A stretch of DNA of 64,000 nt from an uncultured Chloroflexia bacterium (lineage in GTDB: Bacteria; Chloroflexota; Limnocylindria; Limnocylindrales; CSP1-4). The notes under the pieces were generated by a model. It was not told where the DNA came from. It did no database searches and saw only the letters and a list, made by a program, of their open reading frames with translations. The position numbers and the translations under genes were made by a program. Positions 8,260-17,193 of this stretch are shown in pieces (position 1 is the stretch's first letter; every line of letters starts with the position of its first letter). The DNA is taken from assembly GCA_963819655.1 (NCBI GenBank), contig CAWFXA010000001.1:320001-384000 (forward strand), in the 5' to 3' direction.

Positions 8260-10494
8260 ATGGAGCGCCCCGTCCGTCGCCGGCCCCACGCGGCCGGCCT
8301 CGCTTTTCTGGCCGTGCTCGGCCTGGCGTTGCCCAGCGCCGCCGCGGCCGCCGGCCCGCCGTTCCCCGATCCCGTCGACGGCCAGGCGGTCTACGACACG
8401 GCCGAGCTGTTCACACAGGAAACGCGCGAGCAGGCCGAGCTCATCATCGACGCGATCGAGGCTCAGACGAAGGCCGAGGTCGTCGTCTACACGCAGGGTC
8501 TCGGCCGCGACGACATCACGACCGATGAGGCCGAATCAGACGCCGAGGCGCTCATGGACCAATGGGGCGTCGGCCGGATCGGGCTGAATGACGGGCTGGT
8601 CATCCTGTTCGACCTCGACACCACCATGCGCCACGGGCAGGTCCAGCTGTATGCCGGCCCGGGCTTCTCGTCGTCGTACCTGTCGAACGAGGAGCGCCAG
8701 GCGATCTACGAGGGGACGATGCTCCCGCTCCTGGCTGACGGGAACTTCGACGACGCGCTGCTCGCGGCTCTCGCGGAGGTCGTCAACGCGACGTTCGACG
8801 GGTCGCCGCCGGGGTCGCCTGAGCAGCCGAGCGGCCCGGTCATCGCCCCCGGGCCGCCGTTCCCGGAACCCGAGGTCGATCGCGCCGTGTACGACTTCGC
8901 CGGCATCCTGTCGGCCGACGCGATCGTCCGCGCCGAATCGACGATCGATGCCATCGAGGCGCGGACCGCGGCCGAGATCGTCGTGTATACCGAGCTCGTC
9001 GACTACGGCGGGTCGCCGGGGGAGACCGAGTCCCGCGCGATCGCGCTGATCGATCAATGGGGCGTCGGCCGGCAGGGCTTCGACGACGGCCTGGCGATCT
9101 TCTTCGACATCGATCCCTCGCTCGAGCACGGCCAGGTCCAGCTGTATGCCGCGCCCGGCTTCGAGGCGACCTATCTGTCGAACAGCGAGCGCCAGCGGAT
9201 CTTCGAGGACGACATGGTCCCGCACCTTCGGGAGGCGGATTTTGACGGTGCGTTGGATGCCGCGATGGCCAAGATCGATGCCGTGGCCACGCCCGGGAAC
9301 GCGGCACGCCTGCAGGCGGGTCGGCAGTTCAACGCGGTGCTGGGGCTGATCGGCGCACCGATCGTGTTGCTCGGGCTGGCGGGCTGGGCGTTCTTCTCCT
9401 GGCGGCGCTTCGGCAAGGACCCCGTGTACCTCGACGACCCGTCGATCCTGATGCCCGCTCCACCGCCCGACCTGACCGCCGCGTCCGGCGCGTTCGTGAT
9501 GGACGGCGGCACATCCCGGCGCGCGCTCACGACCGCGATGCTCGACCTCGCGTCGCGTGGCCTCATCTCGTTCCGCGAGGACAAGGGTCTGCTCGGCCTG
9601 TCGCACAAGGTCGGCGTCGACACCGATCCCGAGCGAGGCGGCGACGTCGAGGAGGCGCAGCGGGCCCGTAACGCCCGCCGGCCCATCGGTCCCGCGGAGG
9701 ACCACGCGCTCCGCCACCTCCGGAGCCTGGCCAAGGACGAGGGGTTCATCGAGCCCGACGAGCTCCCGTCGTTCGGGGCCTCGGTCAGCGACTTCGACAG
9801 GAAGCTCGAGGATCACGTCGTCCATGGCGGCTGGATGGTCGAGCAGCCGCGCAGGGTCATCGCGCGCTGGGTCGCCAAGGGGATCCTGGCGATCGCGGCC
9901 GGTGCGGTCGCGATCTTCCTCGGCGTCAACGTGCCGATCTCGGGGCTCGTGCTCATTGGCGTGGCGGCCATCGCCGGCGGAGTGGTGATCATCGTTTTCG
10001 CGCGGAGCATGCCGACCGTGACGATGGCAGGGTCGATGATCCGGGCCATGCTGGCGGCCTACCGGCGGACGCTGCACAAGACGATGGAGCAGGCGCGCTC
10101 GATGCAGCAGGTCGTCGACCAGGCCGGTCTGACCTGGCTCGAGACGCCGGACCAGGCGGTCGTGTGGGGCACGGCGCTGGGGCTGCAGAACGACATCGAG
10201 GATGTGCTCAAGCGCTCGCTCGAGGACGTGCGCGAATCGCCGAACCTCGCGTCGTCGACGTATTTCCCGATCTGGTACAGCTCGTCCGACGGCTCGTCGG
10301 TCGCGAGTGGCATGGCGAGCAGCGGCGGGTCGATCTTCTCGGGATCGGCCGTGCCCGACCTCGGCGGGATGATGTCGGCGCTCGGCACCATCGGGAACTC
10401 CCCGTCGTCGTCGGGGGGTAGCGGCAGCGGTGGCGGCGGGTTCGGCGGCGGCTCCTCGGGCGGTGGCGGCGGAGGCGCCGGCGGCGGGTTCTAG
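8260..10494 (+). CDS. Tandem TPM-domain / DUF2207-like membrane protein with Gly/Ser-rich tail
   Basis: Signal peptide, two repeats of GPPFP.P....VYD.A...WGVGR.G..DGL..F...HGQVQLYA.PGF, TM segments, C-terminal SSSGG...GGGGGF. Confidence 0.8.
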   Translation: MERPVRRRPHAAGLAFLAVLGLALPSAAAAAGPPFPDPVDGQAVYDTAELFTQETREQAELIIDAIEAQTKAEVVVYTQGLGRDDITTDEAESDAEALMDQWGVGRIGLNDGLVILFDLDTTMRHGQVQLYAGPGFSSSYLSNEERQAIYEGTMLPLLADGNFDDALLAALAEVVNATFDGSPPGSPEQPSGPVIAPGPPFPEPEVDRAVYDFAGILSADAIVRAESTIDAIEARTAAEIVVYTELVDYGGSPGETESRAIALIDQWGVGRQGFDDGLAIFFDIDPSLEHGQVQLYAAPGFEATYLSNSERQRIFEDDMVPHLREADFDGALDAAMAKIDAVATPGNAARLQAGRQFNAVLGLIGAPIVLLGLAGWAFFSWRRFGKDPVYLDDPSILMPAPPPDLTAASGAFVMDGGTSRRALTTAMLDLASRGLISFREDKGLLGLSHKVGVDTDPERGGDVEEAQRARNARRPIGPAEDHALRHLRSLAKDEGFIEPDELPSFGASVSDFDRKLEDHVVHGGWMVEQPRRVIARWVAKGILAIAAGAVAIFLGVNVPISGLVLIGVAAIAGGVVIIVFARSMPTVTMAGSMIRAMLAAYRRTLHKTMEQARSMQQVVDQAGLTWLETPDQAVVWGTALGLQNDIEDVLKRSLEDVRESPNLASSTYFPIWYSSSDGSSVASGMASSGGSIFSGSAVPDLGGMMSALGTIGNSPSSSGGSGSGGGGFGGGSSGGGGGGAGGGF

Positions 10495-10695
10495 GCTCCT
10501 GCTCCGGCCGCGCGCTCCGGCCGCGCTCGCAGGTCGCACTCGACCCGCGAATCACCGCTGCCCGGTGCTATCGACCACGAAGACCCACTCAGTCCGCACG
10601 TTTACACCGCCCAACGACGAGATCGACCGCCGCCGAGGACCTCCGCCGTCGGAATCACCGGCCGGCGGTGGATCTGCCGACGTGCTTCGCTGGTA

Positions 10696-11061
10696 TCACC
10701 TCACAGCGGTGGTCCGCGTGCGGCAATGTCCCTCGCCGGGACTATGTCTGCTACTCCTCGCGAACGGAGGAGTGACCTCCCGCAGGGACGCCTCGCAGTC
10801 GGCGACATCCTCTCGTGGGCACGACAGCCGTAGCGCCCACGGTCCCAGTTCCGTGGCGATGTAGTACTGCAGGTGGACGATGTCGTCGCCACCTGGCTCC
10901 GCGTTCATCATCTCCAGGCGGAGCGCTTCGCCGAGCTGAAGGTGGACGCGCCCAAGGGAGCGGATCCGCATCTCGGTCGCATTCGGATGGATGCCATATC
11001 GCCATCGGCTGAGCGGCGACGCAAGCGACTCGGTCTTCTCCGCCTCCCGTCCGAGGACCAT
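10696..11061 (-). CDS. Hypothetical protein or degraded gene (resembles the C-terminus of lipoprotein 22101-22817)
   Basis: Segment RVHLQLGEALRLEM...HLQYYIAT resembles RVTLPAGEALHLRY...IDQYLVL; both ends look frameshift-like. Confidence 0.35.
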   Translation of the reverse strand: MVLGREAEKTESLASPLSRWRYGIHPNATEMRIRSLGRVHLQLGEALRLEMMNAEPGGDDIVHLQYYIATELGPWALRLSCPREDVADCEASLREVTPPFARSSRHSPGEGHCRTRTTAVR

Positions 11062-11200
11062 ACGCCGGGTCGCCAGCTTGGCAGGATCGATGTCACATCG
11101 GGCCGCCACCGACTCCGGCCCGCAGATGGAACGGTTCGAGGATGAGACTGCCCTAGTCTGTGAGCGCGGCGACAACCGTCGCGCCGCATGGATGACGAGG

Positions 11201-11755
11201 ATGGATCGAACACTCGTCGAACGGGCACGTCAGGGCGATCACGCCGCCTTCGCCATCCTGGCGGAGTCGGCGACCGATCGGCTGTACGGCGTCGCGACGC
11301 TCATCCTTCGGGATCCTGACCGCGCCCAGGACGCGGTCCAGGAGGCGCTCATCTCCGCCTGGAGAGATGTGCGGGCCCTGCGGGATCCCGATGCGTGGGA
11401 CGCGTGGATCCATCGACTCGTGGTCAGAGCGTGTTACCGAGAGGCCGACCGACACCGTCGGCGGCGATTGATCGTCGACACGTTCGATCCGACCCCGCCG
11501 AGCATCGGCGATGCGTCGGCAGATCTCGCCGACCGCGACGAGATCGAGCGCGGCTTCCGACGGCTGACCGTCGAGCAGCGCGCGATCCTCGTATTGCACT
11601 TCCACGGCGGGCTATCGGCGGCCGAGACCGGCAACGTCCTTGGGATCCCCGAGGGCACGGCGAAGTCTCGGCTCAATCGGGCACTGCATGCGATGCGTGC
11701 GGCGCTCGAGGCCGACGCCCGATCCACTCAGCTCAATCCGGGGCGACTGGCATGA
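11201..11755 (+). CDS. ECF RNA polymerase sigma factor (sigma-70 family)
   Basis: LVERARQGD..AF, DAVQEALISAW, region 4 LS.AETG.VLGIPEGTAKSRL.RA. Confidence 0.92.
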   Translation: MDRTLVERARQGDHAAFAILAESATDRLYGVATLILRDPDRAQDAVQEALISAWRDVRALRDPDAWDAWIHRLVVRACYREADRHRRRRLIVDTFDPTPPSIGDASADLADRDEIERGFRRLTVEQRAILVLHFHGGLSAAETGNVLGIPEGTAKSRLNRALHAMRAALEADARSTQLNPGRLA

Positions 11756-13011
11756 ACGCGTCGCACGACATCGAACGAGACCTCGCACGGTGGATGGAGG
11801 CCGTCGCGCCGTCGCGGGCGCCCGACAACCTCGCGCCTGGGATCGTCGAACGAACACGCTCGTTGCGGCCGCGTCCAGGTTGGCTCGCCCGCCTCATGGA
11901 GCCTCCGATGCAGACGCAACTTTCGTTGAGGAACTACTTTGGCTTCGGCCGATCCGCGCGGTTGATCCTCGTCGGCCTGCTGATCCTCGCCCTCACGGTC
12001 GGTGGGATCGTCGTGGGAAGCCAGCTCTTGCAGCAGCGACCCCTACCCCCTCCGTTCGGCCTCGCCGGCAATGGGTTGCTCGCAGCGAACGTCAACGGCG
12101 AGATCGTCCTCATGGAGCCTGACGGGTCGACCGCACAACCTCTCGTGCTGCCCTTCGAAGGCGTCACCGGGACCTCGTTCTCGCGCGACGGAACCAGGAT
12201 CGCCGCGTGGGCGACTCCGGACACCGGTCGCGGGAGTCAGAAGTCGCTGATCGTCGCGAACGCAGATGGATCCGAGGCCTTCGAGGTCGACACTGCCAAG
12301 CTCGTCGGCGACCCTGGTTTTCGGATCGCCTGGTCACCGGACGATCGACGTCTGGCCTTCAGCGGGTCAGGCAATCGGCTGTACGTCGCCGACATCGACG
12401 CCCGAACGATCAGTGAACTCGGACCGGACGAGTCGATCAAGTTCCGCAAGGATCCCGCTTGGGCTCCGGACGGACGGCTCGCCTACCAATGCACGACCAG
12501 CGGCGTGCCGCACCTCTGCGTCATGAGTGCGGATTTTCAAGTCGAGCAGATGCTGCAGACGTCGGCCGGAACCGAGTTTGCGTTCCACGCCCCGTCGTGG
12601 TCACACGATGGCAGGTCGATCGCCTACCAGGTCGACGATACGATCGATCCCCAGCCTGGCGGCGGCTTCGGTTGGGACGTGGCCACGATCGACGTCGTCA
12701 CCGGGAAAGAGAAGGTCCTCACGCGCGGCTTTGCGGACCACACCATCCTGCCGGTCTGGAGCCCGGACGACCGGCATCTGCTGTTCCTGACGGAAGGCGG
12801 TCCGGGTGTCGTGCGGTCCGACGGAACGGACCTGCGACTATTCGGGCAGACGGCGTGCCCATGGATCGAGCCGTCGCCCGATGGCGCATTTGCGACCTGC
12901 CCATCTGGCAACGAAGTCGTGCTGTACCCGATCGAGAGTGGCGGCCAGCCAACGGTCATCGAACTCGGAGGTCCGGTCGAATCCGTCAACTGGCAGCGCG
13001 TGGCCAACTGA
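11752..13011 (+). CDS. Putative anti-sigma membrane protein with TolB-like (PD40) beta-propeller
   Basis: ATGA overlap with the sigma; short N-terminal helical region, one TM, repeated FSRDG/WSPDD/WAPDG/WSHDG/PSPDG motifs. Confidence 0.75.
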   Translation: MNASHDIERDLARWMEAVAPSRAPDNLAPGIVERTRSLRPRPGWLARLMEPPMQTQLSLRNYFGFGRSARLILVGLLILALTVGGIVVGSQLLQQRPLPPPFGLAGNGLLAANVNGEIVLMEPDGSTAQPLVLPFEGVTGTSFSRDGTRIAAWATPDTGRGSQKSLIVANADGSEAFEVDTAKLVGDPGFRIAWSPDDRRLAFSGSGNRLYVADIDARTISELGPDESIKFRKDPAWAPDGRLAYQCTTSGVPHLCVMSADFQVEQMLQTSAGTEFAFHAPSWSHDGRSIAYQVDDTIDPQPGGGFGWDVATIDVVTGKEKVLTRGFADHTILPVWSPDDRHLLFLTEGGPGVVRSDGTDLRLFGQTACPWIEPSPDGAFATCPSGNEVVLYPIESGGQPTVIELGGPVESVNWQRVAN

Positions 13012-13029
13012 CTCCGCGATCCGGGCTTG

Positions 13030-13070
13030 GAACGGCTGCGGCTCGGCTGCAGCCGTTTCTCGCTTTTCGT
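13030..13070 (+). terminator. Intrinsic terminator-like hairpin after the sigma/anti-sigma operon
   Basis: AACGGCTGC...GCAGCCGTT stem followed by T-rich TCTCGCTTTTCGTTT. Confidence 0.55.
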
Positions 13071-13150
13071 TTCGGCCTGGCCTGATCCCCGACGGACTCG
13101 AGCGAGAACGCCCAAGGTACAGCCGGGCGACCTGGCTAGGCGTCCGAATG

Positions 13151-13357
13151 TCACCGGCGATAGTCGGCGCCGATCGACCGGGGAACGGCGAACGGCATCT
13201 CGTCGTGCGAGTGGATGCCAGCCTTGGCGAGGTCCATCAGCGCCAGCAGGTCGTCGTCCGTCGGCAGGCGGAGCACCGGGCGCTCCGAGCGGATCCGCAG
13301 CCCGTAGATCGGCCAGGCAGCGGCGAGTGACGTGGCCACGGGCTCGACGGCGTGCAT
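13151..13357 (-). pseudogene. Truncated GNAT acyltransferase fragment (Rv0802c-like N-terminus)
   Basis: WPIYGLRIRSER..LRLPTDDDL..L..LA..GIH..DEMPFAVP matches the N-terminus of this GNAT group but stops after 68 aa. Confidence 0.6.
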
Positions 13358-13382
13358 GGGCGCCCGACGCTACACTCCGGCC

Positions 13383-13712
13383 ATGGGTGCTGTCGAGACG
13401 ATGGAAGACTTCTTCGAGAAGCTGAATGCCGGCGATCGCCAGGGCGCGGTCGACCTGATGGACGAGAAGACCGAGATGCGCGTCCACGTCGGCGACAACG
13501 TCCAGACGCTCCGCGGGGTCGAGCGGGTGGGTGGTTGGTTCCTGCGCGGCGACGCAGGCCTCCGGATGATCCCGGGCGAGATCCGTGACACCGGCAACAC
13601 CTATGAAGCCGACCTCCTGGTCGTGCGCCCAGGCGCGCCGACCCAGCACATCGACGCCACGTTCCGGGTCGAGGCAGGACGGATCACAGCGATCAACATC
13701 GCGCCGCGCTAA
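13383..13712 (+). CDS. SnoaL/NTF2-like small protein
   Basis: FFEKLNAGD...AVDLM, LRG.E.V..W, FRVEAGRIT; TACACT 6 nt upstream of the ATG. Confidence 0.75.
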   Translation: MGAVETMEDFFEKLNAGDRQGAVDLMDEKTEMRVHVGDNVQTLRGVERVGGWFLRGDAGLRMIPGEIRDTGNTYEADLLVVRPGAPTQHIDATFRVEAGRITAINIAPR

Positions 13713-13720
13713 GACGGCCG

Positions 13721-15007
13721 CTACGACGGCGAGGGCGACGCCTCGGCCGGGACCTCCTCGGTCACCGGCACCGGGATGATGATCTCGTCGCCGACCTTGA
13801 TCCGGTTCGGGTTCGAGATGCGGTCCTTGTTGGCCTCCAGCAACGCGTCGAGCGTCACATTGAACTCGCGCGCGATCCGCGACAGCGTGTCACCCGCCTT
13901 GATGACATAGGTCTGCGGGGTCGGGTCCGGGATCGGGGTTGGCTCAGTCGACGGGGTCGCCACCGCGACGGACGGGCTCGCGCTGGACGCGCCGCCGCCA
14001 CCATTCGGACCGCCGACGCCGAGCAATGCCGGCAGGAAGAACAGGATCAGCGCGGCAAGAACCACGCCGCCGAAGAGGATCCCCACGGTCGGGATCGCCG
14101 GGAGACCCGAGAGCCCGGCCCGCGTCTTGATCGACGGGTACGCCTCATTGCGACGCTGGCGCTCCCAGAGCGGCCCATCGTTGTCGGCTCGATCGGCCGC
14201 TCGATCGCGAGTGCGACCGCCGTCGCGCGTCGAACTGACGGTCGGGCGCCGCGCCGGTCGCGTCGGCGGTCGCACGACCGGATGGGCTTCGTCCTCCTCG
14301 GCCTGGCGCGCTGTGCGCCCGACGAGCCCGGCCAGGTCCGGGTCGGCGGGGACGGCCGGGCTGTCCTGCGGGGGCGACGGTGGGCGCGGCGATGAGCGCT
14401 GGCCCCACTCATCTGTGACGGCACCGCCTAGCGCCAGCCGGTCCGCGGCGCTGCCGGCCAGGCCCTGTCCCTCTGCCGGGACGGGCTGTCGATCGGCAGC
14501 ATCGTCGGGGCGCGGCCCTTCGCGCCGCGGCCCACCGCCGCCCGGGCCAGACGCCCACGGTGGCGGGGCGGCCCAGTCGCGGGGCGGATTGCGCCGAGGG
14601 GGATCCTCGAGCGGCGGTTCCGGCCTGGCCTGGCCCCAGAGATCGGCGTCGGCGTCGGCATCCCCGTCGTCGGCGGCGCTCAGGATCGCTCCGGCCGCGA
14701 CCGCATCGGCAGGCCCCACATCAGCGAGCCCCGCCCCGTCGTCATCTGTAACCGCAGCGACGGCCGCGCCCGGGATGGCACGAGCGGCCTCCCGCCGCGC
14801 CCATTCCTGGAAGGTCGGGCAGACGGGGAACGCGGACGAGAGGCAGTACGCCTCCTGGTGGGCGAGGGCGCGCGGTGCCGGCTCCGTCTCGGCGAAGCAC
14901 CGGTGGCGGTGATCCGGCCGATCGGCGCGCTCGTCGCGATCGTCCTCGAATGCGACGAACGGGCAGGCCGATGAACCGTCCGCGCTGGGCAACCCTCGGT
15001 CCGTCAT
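13721..15007 (-). CDS. LysM peptidoglycan-binding membrane protein with N-terminal Cys/His motif
   Basis: C-terminal YVIKAGDTLSRIA..F.V....L..AN...NPNRIKVG..IIIP; one TM; N-terminal CPF...HRC...H..YC....F..CP. Confidence 0.85.
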   Translation of the reverse strand: MTDRGLPSADGSSACPFVAFEDDRDERADRPDHRHRCFAETEPAPRALAHQEAYCLSSAFPVCPTFQEWARREAARAIPGAAVAAVTDDDGAGLADVGPADAVAAGAILSAADDGDADADADLWGQARPEPPLEDPPRRNPPRDWAAPPPWASGPGGGGPRREGPRPDDAADRQPVPAEGQGLAGSAADRLALGGAVTDEWGQRSSPRPPSPPQDSPAVPADPDLAGLVGRTARQAEEDEAHPVVRPPTRPARRPTVSSTRDGGRTRDRAADRADNDGPLWERQRRNEAYPSIKTRAGLSGLPAIPTVGILFGGVVLAALILFFLPALLGVGGPNGGGGASSASPSVAVATPSTEPTPIPDPTPQTYVIKAGDTLSRIAREFNVTLDALLEANKDRISNPNRIKVGDEIIIPVPVTEEVPAEASPSPS

Positions 15008-15154
15008 CCGGTCGATGATACCCGCGGTGCTGCCGATGTTCCGGTGCGTCGACACCCCAACCCTTCCGTGCCACCCCGCGAGAGGCGGTTGCCACGCAAC
15101 ACGTGGTAACCGGTCGTTGCCCGGGCAGAAATACGTCGCCAGCACGCTTGGTCA

Positions 15155-15979
15155 ATGGAATCATCGACGCTCACCCTGCACACCGCCGATCGGATCGAGC
15201 CCTCCACGGCCGCCGTGCCGGTCGGCCCTGGTCTCGACCCCGGATCGGCCAAACCGCGGTCCGCCGAGATGCACCCGGGCCCGGGCTTCAGGCTCCGCTA
15301 CGACATCGACCGGCCGAGCCCGGCGATCCTCGAGCGCCTCGGCCGTTTCGACACCCCATCGATCTCGGACCAGCTGAACCGGCTGTTCACGATGTCGGCG
15401 GCGATCCAGCTCCAGACAGATCCGCAGCATCGGATCCTCGGGCCGGCCGTCACGGTGAAGGTGTTCCCCGGCGACAACCTCATGGTCCACAAGAGCCTGG
15501 ACATCGCCAGGCCCGGCGACATCCTGGTGGTCGACGCGAGCGGCTCCGCGCTGACGGCGGTGCTCGGCGACCTCATCTCGACGAAGGCGCGGCACCGCGG
15601 CATCGCCGGCGTGGTGATCGACGGCCTGGTGCGCGACCTCCCGGCCATCCAGGCCCTCGGCGACTTCCCGGTCTTCGCACGCGGCGTCACCCCGATCGGT
15701 CCGCTCCACCGCGGACCCGGCGAGGTCAACTTCCCGATCTCGGCCGGAGGCATTGTGGTCAATCCCGGTGATGTCATCTCCGGCGATCTCAACGGCGTCG
15801 TGGTAATCCCGCGCGACGTGCTGCCCGCGATCCTGCAGCGGCTCGAGATCCGAGAGGCCATCGAGGCCGAGTACCACGCCGCCGTCCAGCGCGGCGACTT
15901 CTCCAACGCGTGGGTCGACCAGACCCTCGAGGAGGCCGGCGTCGCGGTCGCTCCGGACCCGACGATCGGCCTTCGGTGA
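15155..15979 (+). CDS. RraA family / HMG-CHA aldolase-like protein
   Basis: GPAVTV..PGDNLMVH, PGDILVVD, LGDL, IDGLVRD, V.PGD...GD.NGVVVIP. Confidence 0.85.
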   Translation: MESSTLTLHTADRIEPSTAAVPVGPGLDPGSAKPRSAEMHPGPGFRLRYDIDRPSPAILERLGRFDTPSISDQLNRLFTMSAAIQLQTDPQHRILGPAVTVKVFPGDNLMVHKSLDIARPGDILVVDASGSALTAVLGDLISTKARHRGIAGVVIDGLVRDLPAIQALGDFPVFARGVTPIGPLHRGPGEVNFPISAGGIVVNPGDVISGDLNGVVVIPRDVLPAILQRLEIREAIEAEYHAAVQRGDFSNAWVDQTLEEAGVAVAPDPTIGLR

Positions 15980-17184
15980 GCCTGCGTCACCTGCCGCCGG
16001 CCGTCCTTCTGGGCGGCAACGCGAACACGGTCTCGGTCGCGCGAAGCCTGGGCCGTCGTGGTGTCGACGTCACGGTCTACGGCAACGGCCACCCGCACGT
16101 CCGCTACTCGCGGTTCTGTACACGCTACGTGGACGTCGGGCGTGGACCCGACATCGGCGATCGCTGGCTACGCCATCTGCTCGACCGGCCACGGGACGCC
16201 GTCATCCTCCCGTGCGATGACGATGCGTTGGCAATGCTGGCTCGCAGCCGGAGCGCGCTGGCCCAAGCCGGCTACAGCCCGTTCGAGGCGCGTGACGATG
16301 TCGTCCTCTCGATGCTCGACAAGGCTCGGACCTACGAGCTGGCGGCTGCCGCCGGCGTCCCGGCACCGTGGTTCCTCCGACTGACCGACGCGGCCTCGGT
16401 CGATCGAGCGATCGAGGAGATCGGGTTCCCGAGCGCACTCAAGCCGGTCAGCTCGCATGCGTTCGCGCGTGTCTACCGCGGGCGCAAGGCGTTCATCGTC
16501 AAATCGGCCGACGAGATGCGCCAGCGCAAAGCCGAGACGGCCGAGTACGGGCTCGCGATGATGGCCATCGAGATCATCCCGGGCCGGGATGACCGCCTGT
16601 GCTCCTACTACGCCTACATCGATGAGCACGGGCGGTCGCTGGTCACGCTGACGAAGCGCAAGATCCGCCAATACCCGACAGGGTTCGGGCTGGGCTCCTT
16701 CGAGATCACCGACGAGGCCCCCGATGTCGCCGCGGCCGGTGCGGCCTTCTTCGCGTCGGTCGGGATCCGTGGCCTTGCGAACGTCGAGTTCAAGCGCGAC
16801 GACCGCGACGGGACCCTCCGATTGATCGAGTGCAATCACAGGTTCACGGCGTCCAATGAGCTCGTGCGCGTGGCGGGCGTCGACCTGGCGTGGCTCGCTT
16901 ATGCCCGGCTGGCCGGCGTGACCCCACCGCCGCTCGATCGATACCGGCCGGGCGTGACGCTCTGGAACCCATCGCGCGACCTGCGCGGGATCGCGAGCGC
17001 GACGCGTCGGGGGCAGACGCGCGTCGACGAATGGCTGCCGGGTCTGCTGCGCCGCCACGTGCTGCCCGTGTTCCGCTGGGACGACCCGGCTCCGACCATC
17101 GCGTATCACGCATCGACCCTCGCGCGCATCCCGGCCAAGGTGGGTTTTCGGGCAGAGATCGGTCCCGCCGTCTCGGCCTCCTGA
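15976..17184 (+). CDS. ATP-grasp carboxylate-amine ligase (D-aspartate-ligase-like)
   Basis: VARSLGRRGV, LPCDD, DKARTY..A...GVPAP, P.ALKP, EIIPG.D, KRKIRQYP..FG, NVEFKRD.RDG.L.LIECN.R; GTGA overlap with the upstream gene. Confidence 0.82.
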   Translation: MSLRHLPPAVLLGGNANTVSVARSLGRRGVDVTVYGNGHPHVRYSRFCTRYVDVGRGPDIGDRWLRHLLDRPRDAVILPCDDDALAMLARSRSALAQAGYSPFEARDDVVLSMLDKARTYELAAAAGVPAPWFLRLTDAASVDRAIEEIGFPSALKPVSSHAFARVYRGRKAFIVKSADEMRQRKAETAEYGLAMMAIEIIPGRDDRLCSYYAYIDEHGRSLVTLTKRKIRQYPTGFGLGSFEITDEAPDVAAAGAAFFASVGIRGLANVEFKRDDRDGTLRLIECNHRFTASNELVRVAGVDLAWLAYARLAGVTPPPLDRYRPGVTLWNPSRDLRGIASATRRGQTRVDEWLPGLLRRHVLPVFRWDDPAPTIAYHASTLARIPAKVGFRAEIGPAVSAS

Positions 17185-17193
17185 GGCGTCCGG

